From positions 3,782,001 to 3,846,000 of the forward strand of contig UYFQ01000001.1 in the NCBI GenBank assembly GCA_900617105.1: 64,000 nucleotides of DNA. The letters run 5' to 3'. Each line of letters starts with the position of its first letter. Within the stretch, counting starts at the first letter, position 1. This document shows positions 18,906 to 29,100 of the stretch, in pieces. The notes below the pieces were generated by a model that was given only the letters and a program-made list of their open reading frames with translations, did not search any database and was not told where the DNA came from. The position numbers were made by a program, and so were the translations under genes. This DNA comes from Hydrurus foetidus. Taxonomy: Eukaryota.

Positions 18906-19763
18906 TTATGCTGCTTCGACACAGCGTTGTAATTGTTGTCCCAGCCCTTCAATGCCAACGCGCATGATTTGGCCAGCTCTTAAAAAGACTGGTGGCCGCA
19001 GACCCAGACCAACGCCAGGCGGCGTGCCCGTGGATATCATGTCGCCCGATTGAAGGCTCATGAATTGGCTCAAATAATGCACCAGGAAACGTATATTGAA
19101 GATCATCGTGGACGTGCTGCCGTCTTGATACCGCTTGCCGTCAACCTCCAGCCATAGGCTCAGTGACTGTGCGTCGGGTACCTCGTCCGATGTGACAAGC
19201 CAGGGGCCAATCGGACCGAAGGTGTCACAACCCTTGCCTTTGTCCCAAGTCCCACCGCGTTCATTTTGATACGCACGCTCAGAGATATCGTTGATCACAC
19301 AATAGCCGGCAACATGTTCCATCGCATCCGCTTCTGCGATGTAACGGCCTCCCTGTCCAATGACGACACCTAACTCAACCTCCCAATCGGTTTTCAATGA
19401 GCCGCGGGGAATTTCAACATCATCGTCAGGGCCGTTGATCGCACTGGTCCATTTGTTGAAGACAATAGGCTCCGCTGGTATGGCTTGTCCCGTCTCTGCC
19501 GCATGGTCGGCATAGTTCAGACCAATGCAGACAAATTTTCCGATATTGCCGATGCACGCCCCGAGACGCAAATCTACTTGTGGAGTCCCGTGGACCAGAG
19601 GCAGGCTCGCAATGTCGATCCGGCGCAGTTTCTCCAGTCCTGCAGGGATTAGCACGTCACCGGAAATATCGGAAACATGGGCGGAGAGGTCGCGAACTTG
19701 CCCATTGTTGTCCAGCAAACCGGGTTTTTCCCGGCCTTTAGATCCATAGCGCAGTAATTTCAT
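18906..19763 (-). CDS. Fumarylacetoacetate-hydrolase-family protein
   Basis: CIGLNYADH, DWEVEL, NDISER, GKGCDTFGP and TGTPPGVG. Confidence 0.93.
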   Translation of the reverse strand: MKLLRYGSKGREKPGLLDNNGQVRDLSAHVSDISGDVLIPAGLEKLRRIDIASLPLVHGTPQVDLRLGACIGNIGKFVCIGLNYADHAAETGQAIPAEPIVFNKWTSAINGPDDDVEIPRGSLKTDWEVELGVVIGQGGRYIAEADAMEHVAGYCVINDISERAYQNERGGTWDKGKGCDTFGPIGPWLVTSDEVPDAQSLSLWLEVDGKRYQDGSTSTMIFNIRFLVHYLSQFMSLQSGDMISTGTPPGVGLGLRPPVFLRAGQIMRVGIEGLGQQLQRCVEAA

Positions 19764-19778
19764 GGGGAGTCTTTTCGA

Positions 19779-20558
19779 TTAGATGGTGATACCACCGTCC
19801 ACGCATATTGCTTGGCCGGTGATAAAACGTGATTCGTCGGAGGCAAGATAAACCACGAGTGGGGCGATTTCCTCGGCGCTTGCCAGTCGGCCCATGGGTT
19901 GACGTTCAATAAAAGCTTTTTCTGCCTGGACAGGGTCTTCGGTGGCTGCGATACGGCCACGCAGGGACGGTGTGTCGACGGTGCCAGGGCAGATGGCATT
20001 GCAGCGCAGGCCGTGGGTGATGAAGTCTGCGGCAATGGATTTGGTAAGCCCGATGACGGCCGCTTTGGTAGCGCCATAGGCGCAGCGGTTCGGGAAGCCT
20101 TTGATGGATGAAGCCGCAGACGCCATGTTGATGATTGATGCCGAGTGCGTCCTGGACCGCTCGAGCATGGCCGGCAGAAATACGCGGATCATGTGAAACA
20201 TGGAAGTGACATTGAGCGCGAAGGCGCGATCCCAATCGTGCGGATCGACGGTCAAAATGCTGCCGTTATGCACGACACCCGCACAGTTGAACAGCGCATC
20301 CAATGGTTTCGTGCGAAGAGCCAATTCGCGTATGGCGTCGGTGTTGCACACATCCAGATGCTCGCAGCGGATTTGGTCCGCCAGACCTTGTTCACGGGCC
20401 AGCGCTTCCAGGTCCTTGAGCGCGTCGTGGTTGATATCGGTAGCAATGACCTGGGCACCAGCACGTGCGCAGGCCAGTGCAGTGGCGCGACCAATGCCTT
20501 GGGCCGCAGCGGAAATGAGGACGGCTTTGCCCTGCAGGCGTAAAAGTGAAGAAGTCAA
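19779..20558 (-). CDS. SDR-family dehydrogenase (BDH2 / 2-keto-3-deoxy-sugar-acid dehydrogenase-like)
   Basis: SAAAQGIG, LFNCAG, YGATKAAVIGLTK and ICPGTVDTPSL; TTG start uncertain. Confidence 0.88.
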   Translation of the reverse strand: MTSSLLRLQGKAVLISAAAQGIGRATALACARAGAQVIATDINHDALKDLEALAREQGLADQIRCEHLDVCNTDAIRELALRTKPLDALFNCAGVVHNGSILTVDPHDWDRAFALNVTSMFHMIRVFLPAMLERSRTHSASIINMASAASSIKGFPNRCAYGATKAAVIGLTKSIAADFITHGLRCNAICPGTVDTPSLRGRIAATEDPVQAEKAFIERQPMGRLASAEEIAPLVVYLASDESRFITGQAICVDGGITI

Positions 20559-20611
20559 AACCAGCTCCCCGGATCAGTTCGTTAAAGATTGGATGGGTTC
20601 GCAATCCAGGA

Positions 20612-21826
20612 CTAAGCGCTTGCAGTGACGGTACTAGCGCTTTTTTGCGCCTCGATCCAATCGAATGTCCGCATCACGCCGCGCAATTCTGCCAAGCCCT
20701 TTAGCCGCCCGATACAGGAGTAACCGGGGTTGATACGGTTTTTGTTCAGGTCATCCAGCAGCAGGTGCCCATGGTCTGGGCGCATCGGTATGTCTGCATC
20801 TGTTTGGCCAGCATCGCGGCGACGCTGCTCTTCAACCAGCAATGCGCGCACCACGGCAATGAGATCGGTGTCACCGCCCAGGTGGTCTGCCTCATAAAAG
20901 GAGCCGTCTGCCTCGTGCGTCACGTTGCGCAGATGGGTAAAGTAAATGCGCGCTGCAAATTCTTCTGCCATGGCCGGCAAATTGTTGTCTGGGCGCGAGC
21001 CGTATGAACCACAACACAGTGTTAAACCGTTCGCTGGACTCGGAATGGCCGCCAACAGGCGCCGCGCATCATCTGCAGTCGAGATGATGCGTGGCAATCC
21101 GAACAGAGAAAAGGGTGGGTCGTCCGGGTGAATGGCAAGCTGCATGCCAAATTCTTCTGCAACCGGCACGACTTCCCGCAGAAAATCAAACAGGTTTTCG
21201 CGCAGTTGGTCTGCACCCATATCGGCGAACTCGCTCAACGCAACACGCATCTCGGCACGGGTGAACCACGCCTCACGCGCGGGCAACCCGCCGATGATGT
21301 TGTTTTCCAGCCGGACGAGCCGGTCTCCGACCAATACCGGGAGCCGCTCCCGGGCTGCGGCCAAAGCGGCTTCGGAGTAATTTTCAGCCGCGCCAGGTCG
21401 TTCGAGGATGTAAACATCGTAGGCAACGAATTCAGGAAAGTCGAAGCGCAAGGCCTGGCCTTGGTGCGGGAGTTGCCAATGCAGGTCGGTGCGCGTCCAG
21501 TCGACGACGGGCATGAAGTTGTAGCAGACGGTCTTGATGCCTGCGCGCCCCAAATTTGCAAGGCTGTCTTTCCATGCGGAGATGTATTTCCGGTACGGTC
21601 CACTGCGAAGCTTGACAGAGTTGTGCATCGGGATGGACTCGCAAACATTCCATTGCAGTCCCGCCGCACTGATCTTGTCGCGGTGGTCCTCAATGTCTTT
21701 GAGATCCCAGCGGCGGCCATCATACATATCGTGCAGAGCGCTAACGATGGCTTGAGCACCGGCTTGCCTTGCGTCCAGCAGGCTAACCGGGTCTGTGTCG
21801 CCAAACCATCTCCAAGATTCGATCAT
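20612..21826 (-). CDS. uxuA: Mannonate dehydratase
   Basis: WRWFG, CYNFMPVVDWTRT, IHPDDPP, RPDHGH and PGYSCIGRLKGLAE. Confidence 0.95.
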   Translation of the reverse strand: MIESWRWFGDTDPVSLLDARQAGAQAIVSALHDMYDGRRWDLKDIEDHRDKISAAGLQWNVCESIPMHNSVKLRSGPYRKYISAWKDSLANLGRAGIKTVCYNFMPVVDWTRTDLHWQLPHQGQALRFDFPEFVAYDVYILERPGAAENYSEAALAAARERLPVLVGDRLVRLENNIIGGLPAREAWFTRAEMRVALSEFADMGADQLRENLFDFLREVVPVAEEFGMQLAIHPDDPPFSLFGLPRIISTADDARRLLAAIPSPANGLTLCCGSYGSRPDNNLPAMAEEFAARIYFTHLRNVTHEADGSFYEADHLGGDTDLIAVVRALLVEEQRRRDAGQTDADIPMRPDHGHLLLDDLNKNRINPGYSCIGRLKGLAELRGVMRTFDWIEAQKSASTVTASA

Positions 21827-21870
21827 TTACATACTCCTTAGTAATTTTTTTGAGCCCGATTAGTCAGGTC

Positions 21871-22692
21871 TCAACCGTTCCAGCCAAGATGGCCGAGAAA
21901 ATCGCGTGTGCGGGCAACCGTGGGGTGGTCAAAAATCTGTGCCGGTGGGCCTTCTTCCATGATGGCGCCGTTTTCGAACACCACCACCCAGTTGGCCACC
22001 CGCTGGGCGAAACTCATTTCGTGCGTGACCACGATCATGGTCATGCCTTCCTGCGCCAGCTTTTTCATGACGTTGAGAACTTCGCCCACGGTTTCGGGGT
22101 CCAGCGCCGAAGTCGGCTCGTCAAACAGCATGACCTCCGGCTCCATTGCGAGGGCGCGGGCAATTGCTACGCGTTGCTGCTGGCCGCCTGAAAGATACGC
22201 CGGAAAGCTTTCGGCCTTGGACACCAGGCCGACCTTGTCGAGCAGCGCCAGCGCGCGGGTCCGGGCCTCCTTGACGCTCATACCCAAGACCGTAATTGGC
22301 CCCATGGCGACATTGTCTAGTGCGGTCTTGTGCGGGAACAGCTCGAAGCTCTGGAACACCATGCCCATGCGCTGGCGTACCTTGCGGATGTCTGTCTCGC
22401 GCGTGGGCAGCGGCACGCCGTCGAGCAGCACGCGGCCGCCGTTGAGTGTCTCCAGCACATTGGTGCAGCGCAGCAGCGTGGACTTGCCCGAACCCGACGG
22501 GCCGATCAGGCACATCACCTCGCCTTTGTTGACCTGCAGCGAGACATTGTTGAGCGCGACAAAGTCGCCGTAGAGCTTGCGCACGTTTTCATACAACAGC
22601 ACCGGGGGCTGGTCAGCGCCCTTGCGCGGCAACAGCGCGCCCGTATTTGCAGCAGCACTCGTGGCAGTACCTGCTTCGATCAATGGGTTCAT
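21871..22692 (-). CDS. Polar amino acid ABC transporter ATP-binding protein (GlnQ/HisP type)
   Basis: [23 protein letters not shown] and [11 protein letters not shown]. Confidence 0.95.
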   Translation of the reverse strand: MNPLIEAGTATSAAANTGALLPRKGADQPPVLLYENVRKLYGDFVALNNVSLQVNKGEVMCLIGPSGSGKSTLLRCTNVLETLNGGRVLLDGVPLPTRETDIRKVRQRMGMVFQSFELFPHKTALDNVAMGPITVLGMSVKEARTRALALLDKVGLVSKAESFPAYLSGGQQQRVAIARALAMEPEVMLFDEPTSALDPETVGEVLNVMKKLAQEGMTMIVVTHEMSFAQRVANWVVVFENGAIMEEGPPAQIFDHPTVARTRDFLGHLGWNG

Positions 22693-23348
22693 TCCTTGAC
22701 TCCGTATTTCTTGTGGATCCAGTCCACCAGTTTGGCCTGCGGGTAGCCCATCAGCCAGTACAGCGCGGCCATGGCTGTCAGCATTTCCAGCACGCGAAAG
22801 GTCTGTGCGCGAATCTGCATCGAGGTATAGGCCAGCTCGCTCACGGCTATTACCGACACCAGCGAAGTGTCCTTGAAGAGTGAAATCCAGGTGCTGGCCA
22901 GCACCGGCAAAATGCGCCGTGCTGCCTGCGGAATGACCACCTTGAACATGGCCTGCCTGCGCGACATGCCCATGGCCAGTGCGGCTTCCATCTGGCCCTT
23001 GCGTATTGAGTTGATGCCGGCGCGAAAAGTCTCGGCGTTGTAAGCCGAGATATTGAGAACCAGCGCCACCAGCGCGGTGGTGAGAGCCGAGAACTGCACA
23101 TCAAAGGCCATCGGCATCACATAAAACGCCCAGTAAATCACCAGGATCAGCGGCAGGTTGCGGAAGAACTCCACAAAGGCCAGCGAAGCGGAGCTGATCG
23201 CCTTGTTGGAAGACAAGCGCATCAGCGCTAGAACGATACCGCCGGGCACCGCCAGCAGCATGGTCGCCACCGTCAGCCCGATGGTCATTGCCGCGCCTTC
23301 AAGCAGGGCCTGCCGATGCGTCCAGATGACGTTCCAGTCGAAGTTCAT
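22689..23348 (-). CDS. Polar amino acid ABC transporter permease
   Basis: [20 protein letters not shown] and KDTSL. Confidence 0.93.
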   Translation of the reverse strand: MNFDWNVIWTHRQALLEGAAMTIGLTVATMLLAVPGGIVLALMRLSSNKAISSASLAFVEFFRNLPLILVIYWAFYVMPMAFDVQFSALTTALVALVLNISAYNAETFRAGINSIRKGQMEAALAMGMSRRQAMFKVVIPQAARRILPVLASTWISLFKDTSLVSVIAVSELAYTSMQIRAQTFRVLEMLTAMAALYWLMGYPQAKLVDWIHKKYGVKE

Positions 23349-24010
23349 GAGCGCCCCAGGTGGGCAAGTCGTTGATAGAGGCGGTCGACCACGCGTGTCA
23401 CCGGGAACAGCACCACGAAATAAAGCACCATGACCGCTGTGAATACTTCAACCGGCCGGTAGCTTTGTCCGGCCACGGTTTCCGCACGGTGCATCAGCTC
23501 GGGCACCGCGATCACGGTGGCTATCGCCGTGTCCTTGATGGCCATGGTGAGCACCGAGCCAAAGGCTGGCAGCATGCGGATGGTGGCCTGCGGCAGGATG
23601 ATCTTGCGCAGGATTTGCGCACGCGACATGCCCAGCGCCAACCCGGCACGGGTCTGGCCCGGACGAATGGACTCGATGCCGGCGCGGATGATCTCGGACG
23701 CATAGGCGGCAATGTGCAGCGTCAGCCCCACCAGTGCGGCCCAGAAGGGCGGAAAAGTGACGCCAGCCAGGATGGGAAAGGCAAAGTAAATCCACACCAG
23801 CACCACCAAAATTGGAATGGCGCGCATGGTATCGACATAAAAGATCAGCAAGGTACTGAGCCAGTGCGGACCATACAGCCGCAGCAAAGCAATGACCAGC
23901 CCAAGCAGGATGCTGGTCACCGCGCTGATGACGCTGAGCAGCACAGTCACGCCTAGCCCGCCGGCAAAAAAGCGCCAGTTAGCAATGATCGGTGAAAAAT
24001 CCACGTCCAT
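23345..24010 (-). CDS. Polar amino acid ABC transporter permease
   Basis: MRAIP, AYASEIIR and KDTAI. Confidence 0.93.
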   Translation of the reverse strand: MDVDFSPIIANWRFFAGGLGVTVLLSVISAVTSILLGLVIALLRLYGPHWLSTLLIFYVDTMRAIPILVVLVWIYFAFPILAGVTFPPFWAALVGLTLHIAAYASEIIRAGIESIRPGQTRAGLALGMSRAQILRKIILPQATIRMLPAFGSVLTMAIKDTAIATVIAVPELMHRAETVAGQSYRPVEVFTAVMVLYFVVLFPVTRVVDRLYQRLAHLGRS

Positions 24011-24061
24011 GGGGCATCCGTCAAATGTTGGGGAAAGCGGCCGTTGTTGCTAACCGCACAC

Positions 24062-24121
24062 CTCGCCTGCGCCAGAACGCCTTGTGCCTGTTCTGGCAGG
24101 CACGGGGCGTGCGCAGGTGAG
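24062..24121 (-). other. Long intercistronic stem-loop between the SBP and permease genes
   Basis: ctcgcctgcgc...cgccttgtgcctg/caggcacggggcg...gcgcaggtgag nested pairing, no T-tract; typical position for an mRNA-stabilising hairpin. Confidence 0.55.
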
Positions 24122-24134
24122 CAGTGGCTGTTGC

Positions 24135-24983
24135 TTACTTGAGCGTCAGCGTCATTCGCAATTCTTCGGCTGCCAATGCGGGCTGCATGCGTTTTTCTAC
24201 TTCACGCAGCCAGTCGAGGTAGATCTGCTCGTTCTTGTTGACGCCCATACCGGCCTTGACCTGAAAGATCTTGCTGTCCTGGCAATCGTTTTCTTTCGGG
24301 AAAACGGCCAGGCCCTTGACCTTCTTGTTGATGTTGGGCCACAGCACGCGGTTCAGCGGTGCAACGTCAGAGCGGCCAGCAAGCACTTCCTCAATCGGCG
24401 CGACCGAGCCGGAATTGCTCACGCCGCGCAGCTTGGCTTTGGGGAACTGCTCGCGCACAAACGGTTCCTCGCCGCCGCCCGAGAAGTAAGCCATAGTGAT
24501 CTCGGCCTTGTTGAAATCCTCCAGCGTTTTGGCTGTAGTGAACTTTGGGTTGTCAGCGCGGCCAAACATGCACACGCCAGTGCTGGAGAAGGTCACGAAG
24601 TCAATGATTTTGGCGCGCTCGGCATTCTGGCCCAGCGGGCCGATCATGATGTCCATCTGGTTGGCAATCAGCGCAGGTATCTTGGTTTCATGGCTGACGG
24701 GAACCGGCACCATCTGCACGCCCAGCAGCTTGGCGAATTCCTTGCCCAAAAGCCATGACGGCCCAGCCCAAGTCTCGCCTTCGCCGGTGGTGTTTTGCGC
24801 CAGCCAAGGCGGGTTGTTGACCACGCCGACGCGCAACGTGCCGGCCTTGCGGATGGCATCAATACGCGGGCTGGCACCGGCGGGCGGCGGGGTTTGTGCC
24901 CATGTGCTGCCGATGCTGGCAGTCATGACGGCTGCCAGGGCAAACGCCTTGGCGCAGCGGTTGAGTGAAATTGAAGTGCTCAT
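24135..24983 (-). CDS. ABC substrate-binding protein, family 3 (amino-acid type)
   Basis: Signal peptide, GTLRVGV and ERAKIIDF. Confidence 0.88.
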   Translation of the reverse strand: MSTSISLNRCAKAFALAAVMTASIGSTWAQTPPPAGASPRIDAIRKAGTLRVGVVNNPPWLAQNTTGEGETWAGPSWLLGKEFAKLLGVQMVPVPVSHETKIPALIANQMDIMIGPLGQNAERAKIIDFVTFSSTGVCMFGRADNPKFTTAKTLEDFNKAEITMAYFSGGGEEPFVREQFPKAKLRGVSNSGSVAPIEEVLAGRSDVAPLNRVLWPNINKKVKGLAVFPKENDCQDSKIFQVKAGMGVNKNEQIYLDWLREVEKRMQPALAAEELRMTLTLK

Positions 24984-25058
24984 GATGTGTCTCGTCTTTC
25001 TTGGTTGTCTCGTTGGGGCTCTGAATCGATTTGAATAGGCGGTAAAAATCCGCTGGGC

Positions 25059-25922
25059 TCAGTTCATGGTTTTGATGATGCGTGTCTCCTCTGTGTCCAG
25101 CTTGACCGCCATGGCTTTTCCCACTTGGCGCAGCCAGTCCAGGTAAACCTGCTGGTTCTTGTCGACTGCCAGGCCCACAGGCGACGCTTTCTCCAGGCTG
25201 TTCTGGCAGTTGTTGTCCCGTGGGAACACCGTCAGTCCTTTAACCTTTTGGTTGAGGCCAACCCAGGGAATCCGGTTAATCGGTGCGACGTCGGCACGTT
25301 TGGCCATGATTTCTTCAACCGGTGCGGGGGCGCCCGAACTGCCCACTGCACGGAGTTTTGCTTTGGGAAAACGCTCTTTCACCCAGTTTTCTTCTGCCCC
25401 GCCAGTGAAGTAAGCGATGGTGATGTCGGGGCTGTTCAAATCGTCCACTGACTTGAGCTTGGCCAGCTTCTCATTGCCCGAGCGTCCGAACATGCAGACA
25501 CTGGTCGTCGAATAGATCACAAAGTCCACCACCTTGAGCCGCTCGGGCGTCTCGGCCAGCGCGCTGATGGTCATGTCAACCTGGTTGGCGGCCAGCACCG
25601 GCACCTTTGTTTCGTGCGACACCGACACGGGCGTTAGTTTGACGTTCAGCAGGCGCGCATATTCCGTGGCCAGAAGCCAGACCGGGCCACCCCAAGACGG
25701 CCCGTTTCCGGTGGTGTTTTCGACCAGCCAGGGGGCGTTTTGCAGCACGCCGACACGCAGTTCACCAGATTTCTTGACGGCGTCAACGCGTGGGCTGGTA
25801 CCGGGTGGCGGAGGTGTCTGCGCCAGTAGCGCACTGCTGGAAACCCCGAACAACAGGCCGACCAGCCAGGGGCTGAGTTGTCGGGAAAGGCTGGACTGCA
25901 TGGGCATGTTTGTCTCTTTCAA
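25059..25922 (-). CDS. Second family-3 ABC substrate-binding protein (paralogue)
   Basis: GELRVGV and TPERLKVVDF; shares VSHETK and CMFGR with the neighbour; start may be 25907 or later. Confidence 0.88.
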   Translation of the reverse strand: MKETNMPMQSSLSRQLSPWLVGLLFGVSSSALLAQTPPPPGTSPRVDAVKKSGELRVGVLQNAPWLVENTTGNGPSWGGPVWLLATEYARLLNVKLTPVSVSHETKVPVLAANQVDMTISALAETPERLKVVDFVIYSTTSVCMFGRSGNEKLAKLKSVDDLNSPDITIAYFTGGAEENWVKERFPKAKLRAVGSSGAPAPVEEIMAKRADVAPINRIPWVGLNQKVKGLTVFPRDNNCQNSLEKASPVGLAVDKNQQVYLDWLRQVGKAMAVKLDTEETRIIKTMN

Positions 25923-26010
25923 TGTTGTTGGGGTGAACCGTACGGGGTGGCGGGCGGCGAATGATGACTTGCTCTCATGCGAACATGACAGGCAATGTTT
26001 AAAACTATAT

Positions 26011-26192
26011 TTGGTTTACCAAAAAATGAAATTATGGTTTACCACTATTTCATTTGGTTTGTCCAATTTGCATAATTATTGGTCAGGTGATCCGATTGCG
26101 ATCTGTATTAGCAGGTGTTTAAGCAATTTTTAAAGGCTCTCAACGGCGTTCTGAGTCTGGCGATCATTTGTTCGGCTTAAGTGGTTAGACCA
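26011..26192. promoter_or_regulatory. Cluster of FadR/UxuR-type operators in the divergent promoter region
   Basis: TTGGTTTACCAA 26011, TGGTTTACCA 26035, TTGGTTTGTCCAA 26054, TGGTTAGACCA 26182. Confidence 0.75.
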
Positions 26193-26293
26193 AAATTGCA
26201 TTTTTAACAGTAACGACCAGAATTGAAGACGCATGAAACCAGCAAAAACTTTCTAAGATCAAACGCAGCAATTCAACCCCCGGTGCCACTCAT

Positions 26294-27058
26294 ATGCCTT
26301 CCTTAGCCATGCCTCTCAATACTGACCACGACACCGTGACTGCATCGCCCCCTGCCCGGCTCATGGCGGACGAGGGTGTTGCGGGGGCGGAACGGTCGTA
26401 CCAACGCCTGGCAGAGCAGATCGTGGCCATGGTGGCATCGGGGGAGTTCAAGGTTGGCGACCGCCTGCCTTCGGAGCGCAATCTGGCCGAACGGTTTGAG
26501 GTCAGCCGCACGTCTCTGCGCGAGGCCGTGATTGCGCTGGAGGTGCAAGGCCTGGTGGAAGTGCGTCTGGGCTCAGGCATTTATGTGTGCAGTGCGCCGC
26601 AGCCCAAGCCGTCATATATGCCGATGAACGAGCCCGGGCCTTTTGAGCTGCTGCGCGCGCGCTGGCTGCTGGAGGGCGAGCTGGCCGCGCAAGCCGCCAT
26701 CAACCGCAGTGATACTGACATCGACCGCATCTACGCCGCGATGGCTGCCATGAAAGACAACTTCAATGAAATGCGGGCCAATGAAGAAGCCGATCGCATG
26801 TTCCACCTGCACATTGCGCAGGCGGCTGGCAACGGGGTGTTGACCCATGTGGTGAGTACCCTGTGGAAGCAGCTTCGCGGGCCGATTTGGACGCGGCTTG
26901 AAGATCACTTTGTTACCACTGAGCTGCGTCAGGCCTCGCTGAACGAGCACCACCAGATATTCACCGCCATCGTGAGCCGGGACGCCGAAGGCGCGCGCCA
27001 ATCCATGCGTGCCCACATTGAGCGAGTCAAGAGCGAGTTTATGAAAGCCTGGTCGTGA
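26294..27058 (+). CDS. GntR/FadR-family regulator (UxuR/ExuR-like)
   Basis: GDRLPSERNLAERFEVSRTSLREA wHTH and FCD domain (DRMFH...N...H); start uncertain. Confidence 0.92.
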   Translation: MPSLAMPLNTDHDTVTASPPARLMADEGVAGAERSYQRLAEQIVAMVASGEFKVGDRLPSERNLAERFEVSRTSLREAVIALEVQGLVEVRLGSGIYVCSAPQPKPSYMPMNEPGPFELLRARWLLEGELAAQAAINRSDTDIDRIYAAMAAMKDNFNEMRANEEADRMFHLHIAQAAGNGVLTHVVSTLWKQLRGPIWTRLEDHFVTTELRQASLNEHHQIFTAIVSRDAEGARQSMRAHIERVKSEFMKAWS

Positions 27059-27122
27059 GCTATACGCCGCGCATCCGGTCAATACCATTGCAGCATAGAA
27101 CCATTACAAGAAACGAAACCGC

Positions 27123-28601
27123 ATGGAAACCGAGTCCTCTGCCTTGCGCTCGCTGTCGCGTCACAGTTTGCCCACCATACGCCCTGACATAGCCATGCTG
27201 GGCTATGACCGCTCGGCGCTGGTTTGCGGCATCGTGCACTTGGGGCTGGGCGCATTTCACAGGGCGCATCAGGCTTTGTATACCGAGCGCCTGTTGGCAG
27301 CCGGGGACAGGCGCTGGGGCATTCTGGGTGTCAGCCTGCGCGACCCCCGTGTGGTCAACAGCCTGGCGGCGCAGGACTATTTGTATTCGGTGACCGAGAA
27401 GCACGGCCATGCCGCGCAAACCCAGGTGGTGGGCTCCTTATGCGGCGCTCTGTTTGCACCCAAGGCACTGAATCAGGTGCTGGCAGCCATTGCCAACCCG
27501 CAGACCAGCGTGGTGTCCAGCACAGTCACCGAAAAGGGCTACAGCCAGAACCCGGCCACCGCTGACCTTGATCTGAGTGACCCGGGTATTCAACATGATC
27601 TGCAATACCCCGACGCACCGATGACCACGCTTGGCATCTTGGCGGCTGGCATTCGCCGCCGCCCGGCCCATGCGCCGCTGACGCTGCTGTGCTGCGACAA
27701 CATGGCCGGTAATGGGGATGTACTTCGCAAACTGCTGGTGCAGTATGCCGGGCATCTGGATGCGGGTCTGGCCCGCAGGCTCGAGTTGGACATCGGCATG
27801 CCCAACAGCATGGTCGACAGGATTGTTCCAGCGGCAACGCCTGCGTCATTGGACATGGCCTCGGCGGCCCTGGGTTTGCGGGACGAGGCTGCCGTGGTTT
27901 GCGAACCCTTCATCCAGTGGGTGATTGAAAACCGCTTCAGCGGACCACGCCCTAACTGGGAAGATGTGGGCGTCACGCTAACCAGCGATGTCCGCCCCTA
28001 CCAGGAAATGAAACTGCGTTTACTCAACGGCACCCACTCGGCCATCGCCTATGCCGGCCAGCTATGCGACCTGCCCACGGTGTCCGATGTTATGGCGGAT
28101 CGCGAGGTTGGCGGCTTTGTACGCCGCCTGATGCTCGAAGACCTGCGCTTTTCGATGAACTGCCCGCCCAACTTCGACCTGGACAGCTACTGCCAAGACC
28201 TGCTGCGGCGTTTTGAAAACCCGACACTTGCCCACAAGACAGAGCAGATTGCCCTAGATGGTTCGCAAAAAATCCCGGTGCGTTGGCTGCCTGCATTGCG
28301 TGAAAGCCTCGCGCTCGGCAAAGAGTTACCGCTACTGGAACGTGCGCTGGCCGTCTGGTTGTTTTACCTGGAACGCCAAACCAGTGAGACCGGAAAAACT
28401 CTGATGTTCAAGGATGCAGGCTGCCAAGAACTGGTGACCCAGTTGCGCTTGGCCGCCAGCAGCCGCGACTTGGTGCATGCCGCACTGGCGCAGCACAGCA
28501 TTTTTAGCAAAGCCGACTGGCCCCAGGCTTTTGTAGATCGGCTGACTGAGCACATCAACACCTTGCGCAGCGCCGGGACTTACGCCCTGTTGAGCGCATA
28601 G
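27123..28601 (+). CDS. Mannitol-dehydrogenase-family oxidoreductase (UxuB-like)
   Basis: HLGLGAFHRAHQA, TVTEKGY, CDN, MVDRIVP, KLRLLNGTH and DGSQKIP. Confidence 0.9.
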   Translation: METESSALRSLSRHSLPTIRPDIAMLGYDRSALVCGIVHLGLGAFHRAHQALYTERLLAAGDRRWGILGVSLRDPRVVNSLAAQDYLYSVTEKHGHAAQTQVVGSLCGALFAPKALNQVLAAIANPQTSVVSSTVTEKGYSQNPATADLDLSDPGIQHDLQYPDAPMTTLGILAAGIRRRPAHAPLTLLCCDNMAGNGDVLRKLLVQYAGHLDAGLARRLELDIGMPNSMVDRIVPAATPASLDMASAALGLRDEAAVVCEPFIQWVIENRFSGPRPNWEDVGVTLTSDVRPYQEMKLRLLNGTHSAIAYAGQLCDLPTVSDVMADREVGGFVRRLMLEDLRFSMNCPPNFDLDSYCQDLLRRFENPTLAHKTEQIALDGSQKIPVRWLPALRESLALGKELPLLERALAVWLFYLERQTSETGKTLMFKDAGCQELVTQLRLAASSRDLVHAALAQHSIFSKADWPQAFVDRLTEHINTLRSAGTYALLSA

Positions 28602-28646
28602 CACTTTTCACCTCTCGTGCCTCCATACACAACCTTAGTGACAAAC

Positions 28647-29100
28647 TGAATCGCCCTGTAGTTGAACAGACCTCCAGAAGTTAGAAGGTCGTGATCCAAC
28701 CAGTCAGGCGTTGTTTTTCAGCCTGTATGGCACCGGCTGCGCCCTCGCAATTTGAGCTTGATGCGCTCGTAGTTGTAATAGTAGATGTAATTGTGAACGC
28801 CAGCCTTGAGCTCCTCAAGGCTGTCAAGCGTTGCAAAATGGAAGTACTCGGCCACGAGGGTGCCGAAAAAGCTCTCGATCACCGCGTTGTCAAAGCTGTT
28901 GCCCGTGCGGCTCGTGCTTTGCCTGCCTCCGCGCCGCGCAAGTATCGCTCTGTAGGGCTGCATCTTGCACTGCCAGCCCTGATCGGAGTTCTCGATCAGT
29001 TCTGCGTTGCACTGGGACCGAGAAAGCGCTGCCCGAAGCGTGCCAAAGACGATTTTGAAGACCGAGCACTAGGCCATACGTTGAGCAAAGATCTCACCTG
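28647..29100 (-). mobile_element. Degenerate IS3-family remnant (3' part of OrfB plus putative terminal repeat)
   Basis: Reads ...RMA*...NSDQGWQ...SRTGNSFDNAVIESFFGTL...YYNYERIKLKL with an in-frame stop; end begins TGAATCGCCC. Confidence 0.8.
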
